From an uncultured Planctomycetota bacterium (GTDB lineage: Bacteria > Planctomycetota > Planctomycetia > Isosphaerales > Isosphaeraceae), in the NCBI GenBank assembly GCA_963845755.1, contig CAWJTV010000029.1, positions 1 to 64,000 of the forward strand: a DNA stretch of 64,000 nucleotides, in the 5' to 3' direction. A program made the translations under genes and the position numbers. Position 1 is the first letter of the stretch; every line of letters begins with the position of its first letter. The notes under the pieces were generated by a model. The model ran no database searches. It was given only the letters and a program-made list of their open reading frames with translations, and was not told the origin of the DNA. This document shows, in pieces, positions 11,196 through 23,274 of the stretch.

Positions 11196-11786
11196 ATGGC
11201 TTTGAAGATCCTGGGCGTTAATGGGAGCCTACGCCACGGCTCCTTCAGTCGGCGGTCGCTGGAGTTGACGTTGGAGGCGGTTCCGGACTCCCAGGCTGAG
11301 ACTCGCTTGCTCGACCTGAGCCGCATCGACCTGCCGATGTACCGGCCCGGTGGAGTGGTTCCCGCGGATGTCGTCCGTGAGGTGGGCGAAGCGGTCACCT
11401 GGGCCGACGCCTTCGTGCTCGCCACGCCCGATTATCACGGCTCGATGTCGGGGGCCATGAAGAACTTCCTCGATTATCATTGGGAAGAGTTCGCCGGCAA
11501 ACTCTTCGGCTACATCTGCGCATCGCATGAGAAGGGCTTGACCGCCATGGACCAGATGCGGACCGCGGTCCGTCAGTGTTATGGATGGAGCCTGCCCTAT
11601 GGGGTTTCCGTCCACGGTGAGCACGACTTCGATCAGTCCGGAGCCGTGGTCAACGCTCGGATCGCCGGCCGTTTCCGGATACTGGCCCGCGACCTGACCG
11701 TCTATGGCACCTTGCTCCGGGAACAGTTCCAGCGCGATCTCGTCGAATCCAACCCCGATACCTTCGCCTCCCGCTATCGGCAATGA
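11196..11786 (+). CDS. NADPH-dependent FMN reductase
   Basis: GSLR.GSFS, ATPDYHGSMSGAMKNFLD motifs. Confidence 0.9.
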   Translation: MALKILGVNGSLRHGSFSRRSLELTLEAVPDSQAETRLLDLSRIDLPMYRPGGVVPADVVREVGEAVTWADAFVLATPDYHGSMSGAMKNFLDYHWEEFAGKLFGYICASHEKGLTAMDQMRTAVRQCYGWSLPYGVSVHGEHDFDQSGAVVNARIAGRFRILARDLTVYGTLLREQFQRDLVESNPDTFASRYRQ

Positions 11787-12036
11787 CCGGGATCGCTACG
11801 AGAGCGGTTCACGAACAGGTCGAATGTAAATCTAAATAGATATAGATATTTAAATATATTATGTATTATACTGACGCCACTGCGTCTAGTGTACGGACGG
11901 TCCACCTGTTATTCCACCTGTTCTCAGGAGCACGGCCCTCGAGGGCCTCGCGCTCGGGCCGTCCACACCGCGTCGTGGGTGCAACCCTTTCGTGAAGCGT
12001 TCGAGCAAGGCCCATTTCTGGGAGTGGGTTGGTGCA

Positions 12037-14196
12037 TCAGGGTCCTTGGACACCCCAGATGCTGCGCAGCTCATGCACTTCCAGAGAGTCGAACTGGATC
12101 GGTCCGCCGGCAATGCTCGCCGTCACGTCCAGGACTCGCGGATCGAGGTTTGCCGGCATGGGAACATAGATCAAGCCGTCGCTGGCGAAGACCTCGAGGC
12201 CGGTGCGGTCCGTGTAGACGATCAGGCGCTGCTTGCCGGCTCGGAGCGGAGCCGGGACGCGCCGGCCATGAACGCTCAGCTCCTGCTTGCGCACGTCATA
12301 AGCGATTTCCACACCACGGACCCGGAAGGACAAAACGCTCGACGGGTCCGGCTCGAACTCGGCGCGAATCTCGATCAACTCGCCGCGGGCGCCCTTCAGG
12401 GGATCGTCGCCAGGCTTCTGCTCGCCGGTAAACTTCACGATCGTGCGGGATCGCAGGCCGGTCAGTTCTTCGACCGGCCGCCAGGCCAGCCGTGGTCCGT
12501 CGGGCGTGGAGCGGAGGCTCAGTCCATCGGGAGCGACATGCCCTGGTTGAACGGCATGTCCGGGGTCGTCGTCTGGAACCAGCCGATCTGCACGACGCGG
12601 CCACGCGGATCGTGGCCGAACGTCTGCGCGGCATAGAACCCTCGGCCGCGATGTCCGGGTAGCTTCGGGGTCTCAGGCGTGAAGCTCGCGCCGTCGAATC
12701 GACCGACCATGTACTCACTGCTGGCGGCGGTGAGGACCCACTGGCTCCGGGTCACATCGCCGTCGACCGGCAGCTCGAAGAGGTCAGGGACATTCGAAGA
12801 AGCCCTCGATGCGGCTCCGGAACGGTCCAGGTCTTCAGGTCCGCGGAGGTATAGAACGCGATCCAACGCTTTCCATCGGACTCGTCGTAGACCGCCATCA
12901 CCCAGCGCTTCGTCGGACCGTGCCAGAGCAGGCGGGGATCGCGCCCGTTGTGCTTCACGACGGGATTCCCCTCGTATTCGGTCCAGGTCCGTCCGCGATC
13001 GCGACGAGTATGCGATGCACTCGCCGCGCCCCGTGCTCGGTGAATGCGGCGACGAGTAGGTCGTTCTCGCCCTGCTTCCAGCCGGACGTATTCATCCGGT
13101 CCACGACCGCGCTGCCCGAGAAGGCCCAGTCGTCGAACCGCTTCGGGTAAATCGCGATCGGTAGCTCCTGCCAGTGGACCAGATCGGGGCTCACGGCATG
13201 ACCCCAATGCATGTTTCCCCAGTTCCACCCATAGGGATTGTGCTGGAAGTAGAGATGATACTCGCCCTGTGCATAGACCAATCCGTTGGGGTCGTTATTC
13301 CAGCCACGCCGGGGCGAGAAGTGGATCCGGCCCCGTAGAGTCTCCCGGTAGACCTCGCTCGCGGCCCAGATCTCGTCCGCCTGGGTCACTCGCTCCAAGG
13401 CGTTGGAATCTTCGGCGAGTCGGTCAACACGCAGCACGGCGTTGCGCCCGCGCCAGGCACAGACATCGAGATGGGTCCACCATCCGGGATCGTCCGCTAG
13501 CTCGATTTCGAACTCGCGGACCGTGGCTCCGTCGATGAGCAGGGCCATCCGGCATTTCCGGGCACCGGTTTTCACCGGAAAATGCAGATAGCGATGTTCC
13601 AGCGTCAACGCGCATGACCGATCCCGAAGGATGCCGAGCGGTTTTCGGTCCGAGAGGATGATGTGGTCGACGTTGATGTGGCCCCACCCTCCGGTCGCCC
13701 GGTCCACGATCTGCAAGGTCGCCGTCTTCCCGGTCAGGTCACTCACGTCCCAGCCGGCTGGCTCCAGGCGTTCGGTGCCGCCGGGCTCCGTGTTCGGGCC
13801 ATGGGCTGTGCGGGCAACCTGGCCGTCCACGACCAGGTTCATGCAGGTCCGCTCTGCCCATCCGCCACCTCCGATGAGGAAGTGGATCGACTTCCGATTG
13901 ATCGGGAAGGCCGGTGAGGTCAGCGTACCGGTGGACCCATCGCCACCGATGAAGGAATTGACAAGTCCCCTGCCCTGGAATCCTTCCACGGCCATCTGGT
14001 TCGGCAGCGTGCCTCGCGCCGGTCCGCGACCGAAGGCCGTCCCCTCGACCTCCCAGGCGCCGTAGTCCGCGCCCTCGAAGTCGGCGATCACGATGTCGGA
14101 TGTTTGGGCATGAGCCGGGGTCAATCTCGCGGCCGTCAGGACGATCGCAAGCCAGGGAATGATGGGCTTCAGCATATGCAAGGTGTTCTCGATCAT
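12037..14196 (-). CDS. Glycoside hydrolase family 32 (levanase/beta-fructosidase) with signal peptide; frameshifted
   Basis: WNNDPNGL, MHWGHAVS.DLVHW, FSGSAVVD, RDP, FYAAQTF, C-terminal DR..LEVF. Confidence 0.92.
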
Positions 14197-14426
14197 CTCG
14201 AATCAGCGAATCTCCTGCGGCTATACCGTATCCTGCCGTCGAGGGTGTCCGCAACACGCCGCGTCCGAAAAACCCGAGAATCCCGATCGAGAACCGAGGC
14301 GACGTCACCGTCTCGTTGTGCGACGGGGGAGGTCTGGCTGATCTCCCGGGAATATGCGAGATTGGTTGGGCGTCCCCCGGCCGGTTCTCGGTGGCAGGGA
14401 CCGTCGCGGTCAGGGAGAGCCGGAGA

Positions 14427-16254
14427 TGAAGTCGAACCCACGGCCTTTTGCGCTATGGCACCGCCTTTCTGGTGGTGATGGCGTCGTTCGCACTGCTCCG
14501 CATCCCGGTCATAGGTCCTGGGCTGGTGGGAGTCGTGTTTCTCGCCGTGTTTTTCAGCGCCTGGCAAGGCGGGCTGGGTCCGGGTCTGTTCGCGACCTTC
14601 CTCATCGCGTGCTTCTCGATCCTCGGCACCTTGTCCAATCCACCGCCTTCCTTGAGCCGAAGGGGCGTGGAGTTCCTGGCCGGCATCGGGCTGGGCGTCC
14701 TCATCACAGTTCTCGTGGAGGCCTTACACGCCGCGCGGAGGCGAGCCGAGGCCAACCAGCAATGGCTGTCCGCGGTCTTGACCAGCATCGGCGACGCGGT
14801 GATCGCCACCGACTCGCAGGGACAGGTGGTCTTCATGAATCCTGTTGCCCGGTCTCTCTGCGGCTGGCCGGGGGAGGAGGCAGTCGGTCGCCCGCTCCAA
14901 GAGGTGTTTCGCATCGTCAACGAGCATACGCGCGCGCCGGTCCTGAACCCCGTGACGAAGGTCCTGGCCGATGGAGACATCGTCGGCCTGGCCAATCACA
15001 CGCTGCTCATCGGCCGCGATGGCGTCGAGCGCCCGATCGACGACAGCGGGGCGCCCATTCGCAACACACGAGGTGGGATCGATGGAGTGGTCCTCGTCTT
15101 CCGCGATGTCACCGAGCGGAGGAAGAGCGAGGAAGAGGTGAGGCTGGCGAACCAGCGGAAGGACGAGTTCCTCGCCATGCTCTCGCACGAATTGCGCAAC
15201 CCGCTGGCTGCGATCGCGAATGCCGTGCAACTCCTCCTGCGCCCCGAGGCGGCGGAATTCCTGGACTGGTGTCGAGAGGTCATCAACCGCCAGGTCAAGC
15301 ACCTCTGTCGAACTCGTCGACGACCTGCTCGACGTCTCCCGCATCACGAAGGGGAAGATCGAACTCCGTCCCCAGCGGATTGACCTCGCGACCCTGCTCT
15401 GGTCGGCGGCCGAGACCGTTCGCCCGATGTTCGAGGAACGGAAGCATGACCTTCAGATCTCCTTGACCTCCGAGCGGATTGTCCTCGAGGCGGATCCCAC
15501 CCGGCTCGAGCAAGTCGTCGTCAATCTGCTCGCGAACTCGGCCAAGTACAGCGAATCCGGCAGCCGGATCCATGTGACGGGCCGTCTCGAGGGCAAGGAC
15601 GCGATCATCGAGGTGCGCGATAACGGTATCGGCATCGCGCCGGCCTTTCTCCCCCACGTCTTCGGGATGTTCAGCCAGGGGGACCGCTCATTGGCCCGTT
15701 CCGAGGGGGGGCTGGGCATCGGACTGACCATGGTGCACAGGTTGGTCGATCTGCACGGGGGAACCGTTGAGGCTCACAGCGATGGTGTGGGCCAGGGGAG
15801 CACATTCACCGTACGGCTGCCGGCGCAGGACGGGGAATCCTCGGCGCTCGCCCTCGTCGATTCGACGGAGGAAGAGACCGTGAAGACCCGCATCCTCATC
15901 ATCGACGACAACATCGATCTCGCACAATCGTGGTGCCGGCTGCTGCAACTGAAGGGTCATGAGTGCGCGACAGCCCACGACGGCGGAAACGGTCTCCAGA
16001 TGGCCCGGAGCTTCCGACCGAATTGGATCTTCCTCGACCTCGGGCTCCCCCACATGGACGGCTACGAGGTGCTCCGCCAATTGCGGCAGGACGAGGCGAC
16101 GAAGGACGCGACCATCATCGCCATCACGGGCTACGGCCAGGAAGACGATCGGCACCTGGCCCTCGCTGCCGGGTTCGACGACTATCTGGCCAAGCCGCTG
16201 GATCAAGCGGCCCTGAGCGCCATCCTTCAGGGACGGCCCCAGAAGGTTGATTGA
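14427..16254 (+). CDS. Membrane-bound PAS hybrid histidine kinase/response regulator; frameshift near 15305
   Basis: TM region, PAS (SIGDAVIATD), FLAMLSHELRNPL, N/G boxes (NLL.N.AKY, DNGIGI, GGLGIGL), receiver (DLGLP.MDG, KP); start 14427 or 14448. Confidence 0.92.
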
Positions 16255-16287
16255 TCTTCTCCGACCGCCGACCACGGTTCGAGCGGA

Positions 16288-16788
16288 TCACGAGCCGGGC
16301 CGCAGGGCGTTCTCCAGGGCTGTGCCGAGTTCATCCGGACGCTGGCTGCCGATGACGAGAAATGCGCCGCCTCCCAGCTCGAGCCGGACGCCCCGGTTGC
16401 CGCGTGCGATCAGCGCGCGTTCGCCGTCGCGGCCAGATCGGATGCCCCAGGCATAATCCGCGAACGGTTGGAAGGTCACGATCTCGACCCGGCGCACCTC
16501 GCCAATCGGCAGCTCGCGACGGTAAACCGGAACCCATCCGAACCAGACGCGAACCATCGTCGGAGTGACCTCGGTGGTCATGTGAAGCACGAACAGCAAT
16601 AAGACCATCCCCAGGCCGATCCCCACGACGAGCCCGAGGAGGAATTCGAAGGACCAGGCGTTCCGGTGGAGCAGCCCCAGACCAGTGAGGAGTTCGACCA
16701 ATCCGATCAGGACGTAGATGCGCCAGTCGAAGTATTGCTCCTCGCGGAACACCGCCGTCGCGGGTTGAAGAGTCGCCACTGACGACAC
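16288..16788 (-). CDS. Hypothetical membrane protein
   Basis: FREEQYF start, two TM helices, WGIR and GNRGVRLEL...LVIGSQRP.EL pattern; co-oriented with upstream gene. Confidence 0.65.
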   Translation of the reverse strand: MSSVATLQPATAVFREEQYFDWRIYVLIGLVELLTGLGLLHRNAWSFEFLLGLVVGIGLGMVLLLFVLHMTTEVTPTMVRVWFGWVPVYRRELPIGEVRRVEIVTFQPFADYAWGIRSGRDGERALIARGNRGVRLELGGGAFLVIGSQRPDELGTALENALRPGS

Positions 16789-16790
16789 GC

Positions 16791-17672
16791 TCAGGGCCCT
16801 CCTTCGATTTCCACGTCCGAGCCTCGTCCCGGCCCCACATCCGACGGGTCGGAGATCCACGGACCCAGCACGCGGAGGAGGGCCTGGTAGCCCAGATCGG
16901 CGACGCGATCGGCGGAGACCTGCCAGAGATGCGGGTTCAAGAGCTCGAGCGAGACGTACCCGTCGTACCCGATCCGCGCCAGACGCTCGACGATCGGCAC
17001 GAGGGGAAAGTCACCATCGCCCGGCAGGATCCGGTCGCCATCGCCGGCCAGCTCGCGCGGAGTCCCACTGACGTCGCAAAGCTGGACCCAGGCGAGGTCG
17101 CCGGATGAGAGCTGGTCCAGATCCTCGAGCTTGCTCGGGCCGGTCTGGAAGTGGAACACGTCGAGGCAGACTCCGGCATTCCGGCTACCGCATTGCGCAA
17201 CCAGTGCCAGCGCGGTTTCCAGGCAGGAGCAGAGCCATGAGGTCTTCTGAAACTCGAGTGCGAGGCGGACACCGAAGGTCGAGGCGACCTCGGCGGCCTC
17301 TCCCAGAGCGGCCGCAGCCCGGGAGAAGTTTTCTGCGGTCACCGGCGACGCGTTCGCGGAATCGGCGGCGACGACCAGGACAGGCACACCCAGTTCTCCC
17401 AGCAACTCCAGGCGGCGCCGGAAGTGGTCCCAGTGTAGGGCGTGCTCCAGGCCCTGGGAGATCAGCAACCCTCCCTGCCCCGCCGCGGCAACCGGACGGA
17501 GCCCGTGGGATTGAAGCACCGACCGCGCCTCCGCCAGCGATCGCGTTCCCACGAATGCCTCGACCTTGGTCAGCCACAGCTCTACGGCCGTCCAGCCGCC
17601 GGCGCGGTACGCCAGTGCGTCCGCCTCGAACGGATTCATCAGCGTGGTTGTCTGGCTGATGCAGGGTTTCAT
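16791..17672 (-). CDS. Sugar phosphate isomerase/epimerase (xylose isomerase-like TIM barrel)
   Basis: VELW, LALEF, CLDVFH, R.LPGDG..P, GYDGYVSLEL motifs. Confidence 0.85.
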   Translation of the reverse strand: MKPCISQTTTLMNPFEADALAYRAGGWTAVELWLTKVEAFVGTRSLAEARSVLQSHGLRPVAAAGQGGLLISQGLEHALHWDHFRRRLELLGELGVPVLVVAADSANASPVTAENFSRAAAALGEAAEVASTFGVRLALEFQKTSWLCSCLETALALVAQCGSRNAGVCLDVFHFQTGPSKLEDLDQLSSGDLAWVQLCDVSGTPRELAGDGDRILPGDGDFPLVPIVERLARIGYDGYVSLELLNPHLWQVSADRVADLGYQALLRVLGPWISDPSDVGPGRGSDVEIEGGP

Positions 17673-17739
17673 GATCGGTGAATTCGGGCCGAGGGATCTT
17701 TCATCGGGGAGCCGGTCGCCGGACGCCTCACTCCAACCC

Positions 17740-19264
17740 TCACGTCCCATCGGGGATCGGCTGGCCTTCCAGCAGGTCGTCGAGCGCTCGAGCGACGCCC
17801 TCGGCAGCCACACGCCACTGCCGGCAGGTGTCCCGGTCGCGAAACGTCACCGAGCCATCGGCCAGGCTCTGGCTGTCCACGGTAATGCAGAACGGCGTGC
17901 CGGCCTCGTCCTGCCGCCGGTACCGACGCCCAATTGCGCCTTTCTCGTCATAGAAGACATTCTGGCGCCGTTTCAGGTCGCGGTAGATCGCTTCCGCCTT
18001 CTCGGGCATCCCGTCCCGCTTCACCAGCGGAAAGACGGCGGCCTTGATCGGCGCGATCCGCGGGTGGAACTTCAGCACGGTTCGCGCCTCCCCTCCCACC
18101 TGGTCCTCCGTGTACGCCTCGCACAGGAATGCCAGGGTCGCGCGATCGGCGCCGGCGGAGGGCTCGACCACGTGGGGCACGAACCGCTCCTTGCGATCCT
18201 CGTCGAAATAGCTCAGGTCCTTGCCGCTGAACTTCATGTGCTGCCTGAGATCATAGTCACCCCGGTGCGCGATTCCTTCCAGCTCGCTGATCCCGAAGGG
18301 GAAAGTGTATTCGATATCGGCCGTCGCGGTCGAGTAGAACGCCAATTCCTCGGCGTCATGATCACGCAAGCGGAGCCGGTCTGAGCGCAGTCCCAGGTCC
18401 ACGTACCACTGGAACCGCGCCTTGCGCCAGTAGGCATACCACTCCGCCGCGTCCTCGGGCCGGCAGAAGAACTCGATCTCCATCTGCTCGAATTCGCGGG
18501 ATCGGAACGTGAAATTCCGAGGATTGATCTCGTTGCGAAAACTTTTTCCGATCTGAGCGATCCCGAAGGGAAGCTTGACCCGGCCCGTGTCGACGACATT
18601 CTTGAAGTTGGCGAAGATCCCCTGGGCCGTCTCGGGCCGGAGATAAGCGACGTTCGACTCGCTCTCGAGCGCACCGACGAACGTCTTGAACATCAGGTTG
18701 AAGGCGCGCGGTTCCGTCAGGGTGCCCCGCTCGTCGGTCGAACGGCCCGACGACCTTTTCGCGGTCCGTGGTGCTGAGCTGCAGAAAGGGCATGATGGAA
18801 GGAGGGTCCGCAGGCAGTCCGAACCGCTTGGCCAGCTTGGCGACCTTCTTCTCGATGGACTCGGCAGCCTCTTCCGGCGTGCCACCCAGGCCAGCCAGCC
18901 AGGCCTCGGTCGGCTCGCCCTTGTGGTTGACCGCGGGAAACACGTGGGCAAAGACGAAGATCTGGTCGGCCCGGTACCGCTCCTTGGTGGCCCGGCAGTT
19001 GACCATCGGGTCGGAGAAGCCGCCGACGTGACCCGAGGCCTCCCAGACCCTCGGGTTCATGATGATCGAGCAGTCCAGCCCGACCATGTCATCGCGCATC
19101 CGGACGTTGTCGCGCCACCAGGCATCCTTGATGTTCCGCTTCAACTCGACGCCCAGCGGACCGTAGTCCCAGAAGCCGTTGATCCCGCCGTAGACCTCGC
19201 TCGACGGGAAGATGAATCCCCTCCGCTTGCACAGCGAGACCAGCTTCTCCATGTCGTCCAGCAT
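17740..19264 (-). CDS. glyQS: Glycine--tRNA ligase (alpha2 type); frameshift near 18740
   Basis: [61 protein letters not shown]. Confidence 0.97.
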
Positions 19265-19366
19265 GTCGTCACCTTTCCCAGGGGGCATGACCTTGGCAGG
19301 GTCCACCCCGCAAATCATTCGAGACAAGACCGGGCGACACCATGCGCCACCGCGTTCCGGAATACC

Positions 19367-20167
19367 TCAGACTCGGACAATCCGCAGCGGATCGCGGCTC
19401 AGCTCGGCAACCAGGGGTTGGCGGTCGATCTCGGCAGCCACGGCGATGTCTTTCGCCAGTCCGATACGCTGCACATTCTGGCCGCCCCGACCCAGTTTGA
19501 GCAACTCCCCAAGCGGGCTGATTCGAAAGGCCTGCGCGGCAGCAAGCCAGTGCGAAACTGCGATCAGGGCTTCGTCATTGCCGAGAGAAGCGGCGGAGGC
19601 GACCGACTTGGTCGTGATGTCGGTGATATTCCTGACCAACGCCCCGGCAAGCAACACATCTTCCAGGCTCACGTGGCCCTCTGTCCCCGCACACACGATA
19701 TGGACCGGGTGTCCATGATCTTTCTTGAGGAATTGGACGATGAGCTCATCCGAGATCGCGCGCAGATTGCCGAAGCTGGCGATGTAGACGCGTTCGGCCT
19801 CCTGGCAAGCGAGGATGGCGCGCGTGCCGTTGGTTGTGGTCATCACCACCGTCTTGCCCTCGCAGACCATGGGAGTGAAGTCGCCGGGCGAGTTGCCCAG
19901 GTCGAAGCCAGGGATGGGGAGTCCTCGGCGTTCGCCGGCCAGCAAAGCTGTGCCCTGCGGCAAAGTCGCGGCGACGCCCTGGGCCTCGTCGATCTCCTCG
20001 CAGGGGATGATCGCCTCACAGCCAGCCGCCAGGGCATGGACCATCACCGTCGTGGCCCGTAGCACATCCACCACGACGGCGACACCGTCACGGAGACTCC
20101 CCGACGGAATCAGGCTTGGGAGCAGGTGGACGAATACCCTCGGGAGGTCGATCGATACCTTGCCCAT
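19367..20167 (-). CDS. comB: 2-phosphosulfolactate phosphatase family protein
   Basis: VVDVLRATT, GER.G..IPGFDLGNSP, TTTNGT, SLED...AG. Confidence 0.92.
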   Translation of the reverse strand: MGKVSIDLPRVFVHLLPSLIPSGSLRDGVAVVVDVLRATTVMVHALAAGCEAIIPCEEIDEAQGVAATLPQGTALLAGERRGLPIPGFDLGNSPGDFTPMVCEGKTVVMTTTNGTRAILACQEAERVYIASFGNLRAISDELIVQFLKKDHGHPVHIVCAGTEGHVSLEDVLLAGALVRNITDITTKSVASAASLGNDEALIAVSHWLAAAQAFRISPLGELLKLGRGGQNVQRIGLAKDIAVAAEIDRQPLVAELSRDPLRIVRV

Positions 20168-20318
20168 GGTTGTTCCTGCGGTCGCGCTCCGAGTCACGTC
20201 ACGTCTCGAGGGCCGAACTGATCCGCGTGGACAGGTGAGGCACGCGCCAGTATTATAACCGCCCTGCCTGTGATCCGGGAGCGGATTGAAACAGACCCCA
20301 CTGAAACGAGGTGCATGG

Positions 20319-21204
20319 ATGCACGAGCCAAGAGGGCGATATGTCCGTCTGCCTGGGCCGCGGCGATTCATCGGCGACCTGGTGCACTTCGCGCGCCGGG
20401 TTCCCTCGGCACCGGTTAGCCGGACGATCGATCTCAGCGCGCTGGCCGGGCCGCGGACGGCCCATCCCGTGCGTCCTTCGTGGGCTTGTATCTTCATGAA
20501 GGCGTACGCCCTGGTCGGCGCCGCGCAGCCGCCGTTGCGGCGATCGTTCCTGGAGTTCCCCTGGCCTCGGCTCTACGAACATCCCTGGATGAACTGCGCC
20601 CTGGCCATCGAGCGCCTCCTATCTCGGCGAGGACGGCGTCTTCGTGGGTCTCTTCCGCGCCCCGGAGCAGCAGTCGCTGGTTCAGCTCCAGCAGGCCGTG
20701 GAGTGGTACAAGAACGAGACGCTGGAAAAAGTCGGATTCTACCGCATGGCCTTGCGGTTCAGTCAGGCGCCGACGCCGATCCGCCGGCTCCTCTGGTGGG
20801 GCACGTTGAATATCTCCGGATACAAGCGTTGCAAACGGTTCGGGACCTTCGGCCTCTCGAGCTACGGATCGCTGGGGGCCGAGCAGGTCCATCCGATCTC
20901 CCCGCTGACCACGACGCTGACTTACGGCCCGATCGATCCGGTGACGCACCACCTGGTCGTCAAGTTGATCTACGACCATCGCGTGCTGGACGGCGCGTAC
21001 GTCGCCCGCCGGCTCCGGGACATCGAGGAAACCTTGAACGGCCCGATCCTCGCGGAACTACGAGGCGGTCCCGTCGTTACGGCCGACCGATCGGCCGCTG
21101 CCCCCCCGATCGTGGAACCGCTCCTGAGACCCCACCTGCCGGCCACGTCGCCGGACCGTACCGAAGAATGGGCCGACCGCAATCATCGGAAGGCTGAAGG
21201 ATGA
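20319..21204 (+). CDS. Stand-alone 2-oxoacid dehydrogenase acyltransferase-like catalytic domain protein; frameshift near 20620
   Basis: GTFGLSS and YDHRVLDG motifs; no lipoyl domain. Confidence 0.7.
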
Positions 21205-21260
21205 ACGGGAGAGTCAACTAAATCGTCCGATTCATCCTTCAGCCTTCAGCCCTCATCCTT
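21189..21260. repeat. Perfect 17-bp inverted repeat made of heptamer units between convergent genes; possible terminator
   Basis: GAAGGCTGAAGGATGAA (21189-21205) and TTCATCCTTCAGCCTTC (21231-21247). Confidence 0.75.
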
Positions 21261-21307
21261 CCGAGGAGGCGCCCTTCCGGGTCGATGGACTCCTGGCCTG
21301 GCCGGAT

Positions 21308-22093
21308 TCAGACCACGGTTTCCCCAGCTTCCTGGTCGGTCGTGACGCGGACTTCCAGGCGACTCATCGTCCGCTTGAGTGCCTTTTCCTTACCGCTGAT
21401 GAATAGCACGTTGTCCAGCACGATCGCCTTCGGGATGTTTGGGACATGCAGCACCAGGCGCCCGGCGCCCAGCATGGCGTACTCGAGGACGTCCGGGATC
21501 TCCTTGTCGAACTTCAGATTCATCGTCGGATACCGCTCTAGATCGCTGAGCGGCCCGTGATGGTGCAGGATTTCGTTGGGCAGGATCTCCCAGTAATCCA
21601 GCCATCTCGTGAGCCAGATGATGAAGAAGACGAACATCAAGGTAATGAAGAACGCCAGATAGAAGCCTCGGTTAGCGACCGCGTAGACGTGAGAGAAGAT
21701 CGCATTGAGCGGCTTTAGCAAGTCCAGTTGAAAATACGCGCCGAGCCAGAGAATGAAGAATGTCACGAAGCACAAGCCGAGGATCACCGCGACCAGCGAG
21801 AACCGCGGGAAGTCCAGGGCCATCACGATCAGATTGAACGCGAGGACCGTCAGGAAGAACACGCCCAGCAGGTTCTGGGCTGTCCACCACCTGTCGATCT
21901 TGTCCAGGTCCATCGGGACCTCCATGCGGTCCTGGATGACCCACATCCCCGCGAAGCAGATCAAGGCGACGAGGGCCGAAGGATACAGGAAGATCACCTT
22001 GGGCCACATGAAGATCCGGATCGGATGCTCGTGGTAATGTGAGGTAGGCACCGACGGTTGCGTCGGGATCGAGGGTTTGGCTTCGGTTGACAT
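21308..22093 (-). CDS. Hypothetical membrane protein
   Basis: Four hydrophobic segments and a soluble C-terminal domain; typical codon usage from MSTEAKP. Confidence 0.75.
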   Translation of the reverse strand: MSTEAKPSIPTQPSVPTSHYHEHPIRIFMWPKVIFLYPSALVALICFAGMWVIQDRMEVPMDLDKIDRWWTAQNLLGVFFLTVLAFNLIVMALDFPRFSLVAVILGLCFVTFFILWLGAYFQLDLLKPLNAIFSHVYAVANRGFYLAFFITLMFVFFIIWLTRWLDYWEILPNEILHHHGPLSDLERYPTMNLKFDKEIPDVLEYAMLGAGRLVLHVPNIPKAIVLDNVLFISGKEKALKRTMSRLEVRVTTDQEAGETVV

Positions 22094-22768
22094 AACAAGC
22101 AGTCTCCGCGCTGAAAGATCGTCACACATCTCGGCCGACGGCGAACCAACATGACACTGCGAATCCGGTGCCGAAGGAACGGGATAGGTCATCGTAACGT
22201 CATGGTGCGATGGGGTAAAGTCCCTGACGCCTTCCCCATCGGACCATCGACGCGAACCCGCCGTCCAATGCCGCGGCCGCCTCGGAACATCAAGCTGTTC
22301 GTCACCTGAGCCCCGAGCTTGGACTCCCGGCGGCCGATTCCCCGCGAAAACGGTCGGATGCGGCAACGGCTTCGCGAGTGGAGGTGCCGAGCGGATCACC
22401 GTGGAGGTCCCGGCAACGGACGGGGACGGCGGTGATCTGGATTCCCTGTCCTCCGGGTTTCCGTTGATTCTCAGGGTGATTCTCGGATCGTCCGGGAGCA
22501 CCGATCGGGTTGGCCGGGGCGCCAGCGACCGTACGGGCTGGTTCGGATCCCCGTTTTTGCCGGCACGATCCAATTCTGTTTTCGAGAATTAACGCAGAGT
22601 GACGTGGTAAAATGAATTCGTGCTTCTTAAGATGGCTGTCGGCACGCTCAGGTGCGTTGAGACTGGCTGCTTACGTGAGCGGGCCCATACCGAATGGGTT
22701 GGGACGGCTTGACTTGCACGGTTCAGGCCAAGGGTCGAATGCTCTTAGAGAATTGGAGGTCGTACGCG

Positions 22769-23173
22769 ATGGTGAATGTGCTCATTCGAAGGCTCGTGGT
22801 GGTTGCCGCAAGTGCCGCAACCCTGATCATGCTCTACGGCAGTCTTCCTCTGATCGCCCAAGAGCCGAAAGGTCCCCCGACCGAGACAAGGACAAAAGCC
22901 AAGACGGGGAAGCGTGCGTCCGACCCGGCCCGCCGCTTACCACAGAATTTCGGACAGATCGGGCTCTCGGATTCGCAGGTGGAGGAGATCTACAAGATTC
23001 AGGGAAAGCACATGCCGAAGATCGTGGCCCTGGAGAAGCAAGCCGCGGACATGCGAGCCCAGATGCTACGGGAGTGCGAAGGAGTCCTGCAGGCCTCCCA
23101 GAAACAGCTCCTCGAACAGCATCGCGCCGAGTCCAAAGCCAAGCGAAAGGCGCCCCCCAAGCCGCAATCGTGA
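22769..23173 (+). CDS. Hypothetical exported helical protein (Spy/CpxP-like pattern)
   Basis: GGAGG RBS, signal peptide, RRLP..FGQIGLS..Q.E.IY.IQ. Confidence 0.7.
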   Translation: MVNVLIRRLVVVAASAATLIMLYGSLPLIAQEPKGPPTETRTKAKTGKRASDPARRLPQNFGQIGLSDSQVEEIYKIQGKHMPKIVALEKQAADMRAQMLRECEGVLQASQKQLLEQHRAESKAKRKAPPKPQS

Positions 23174-23274
23174 GAGAAGAACGGATCGGGAATCTCTCGC
23201 CGATTCACGCGGGGCGGTTCGGGCGAGTCTCCCGACCACTGCGGAATCCCTTGGGAGCGTCGCCCCTTCGACGC

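Noticed and set aside
18700..18790. Programmed frameshift in glyQS, and likewise in nuoC, rsmG, apbE and GH32
   Set aside because: No shared slippery motif or hairpin was seen; scattered single-base indels fit sequencing error better
18686..20062. Long antisense ORFs in the track (e.g. 18686-20062 +, 35478-36557 +, 59866-60930 -)
   Set aside because: Shadow frames opposite well-supported genes, expected in high-GC DNA
22094..22768. Long divergent intergenic region as a possible ncRNA or riboswitch
   Set aside because: No recognisable conserved RNA motif by eye; a covariance-model search would be needed
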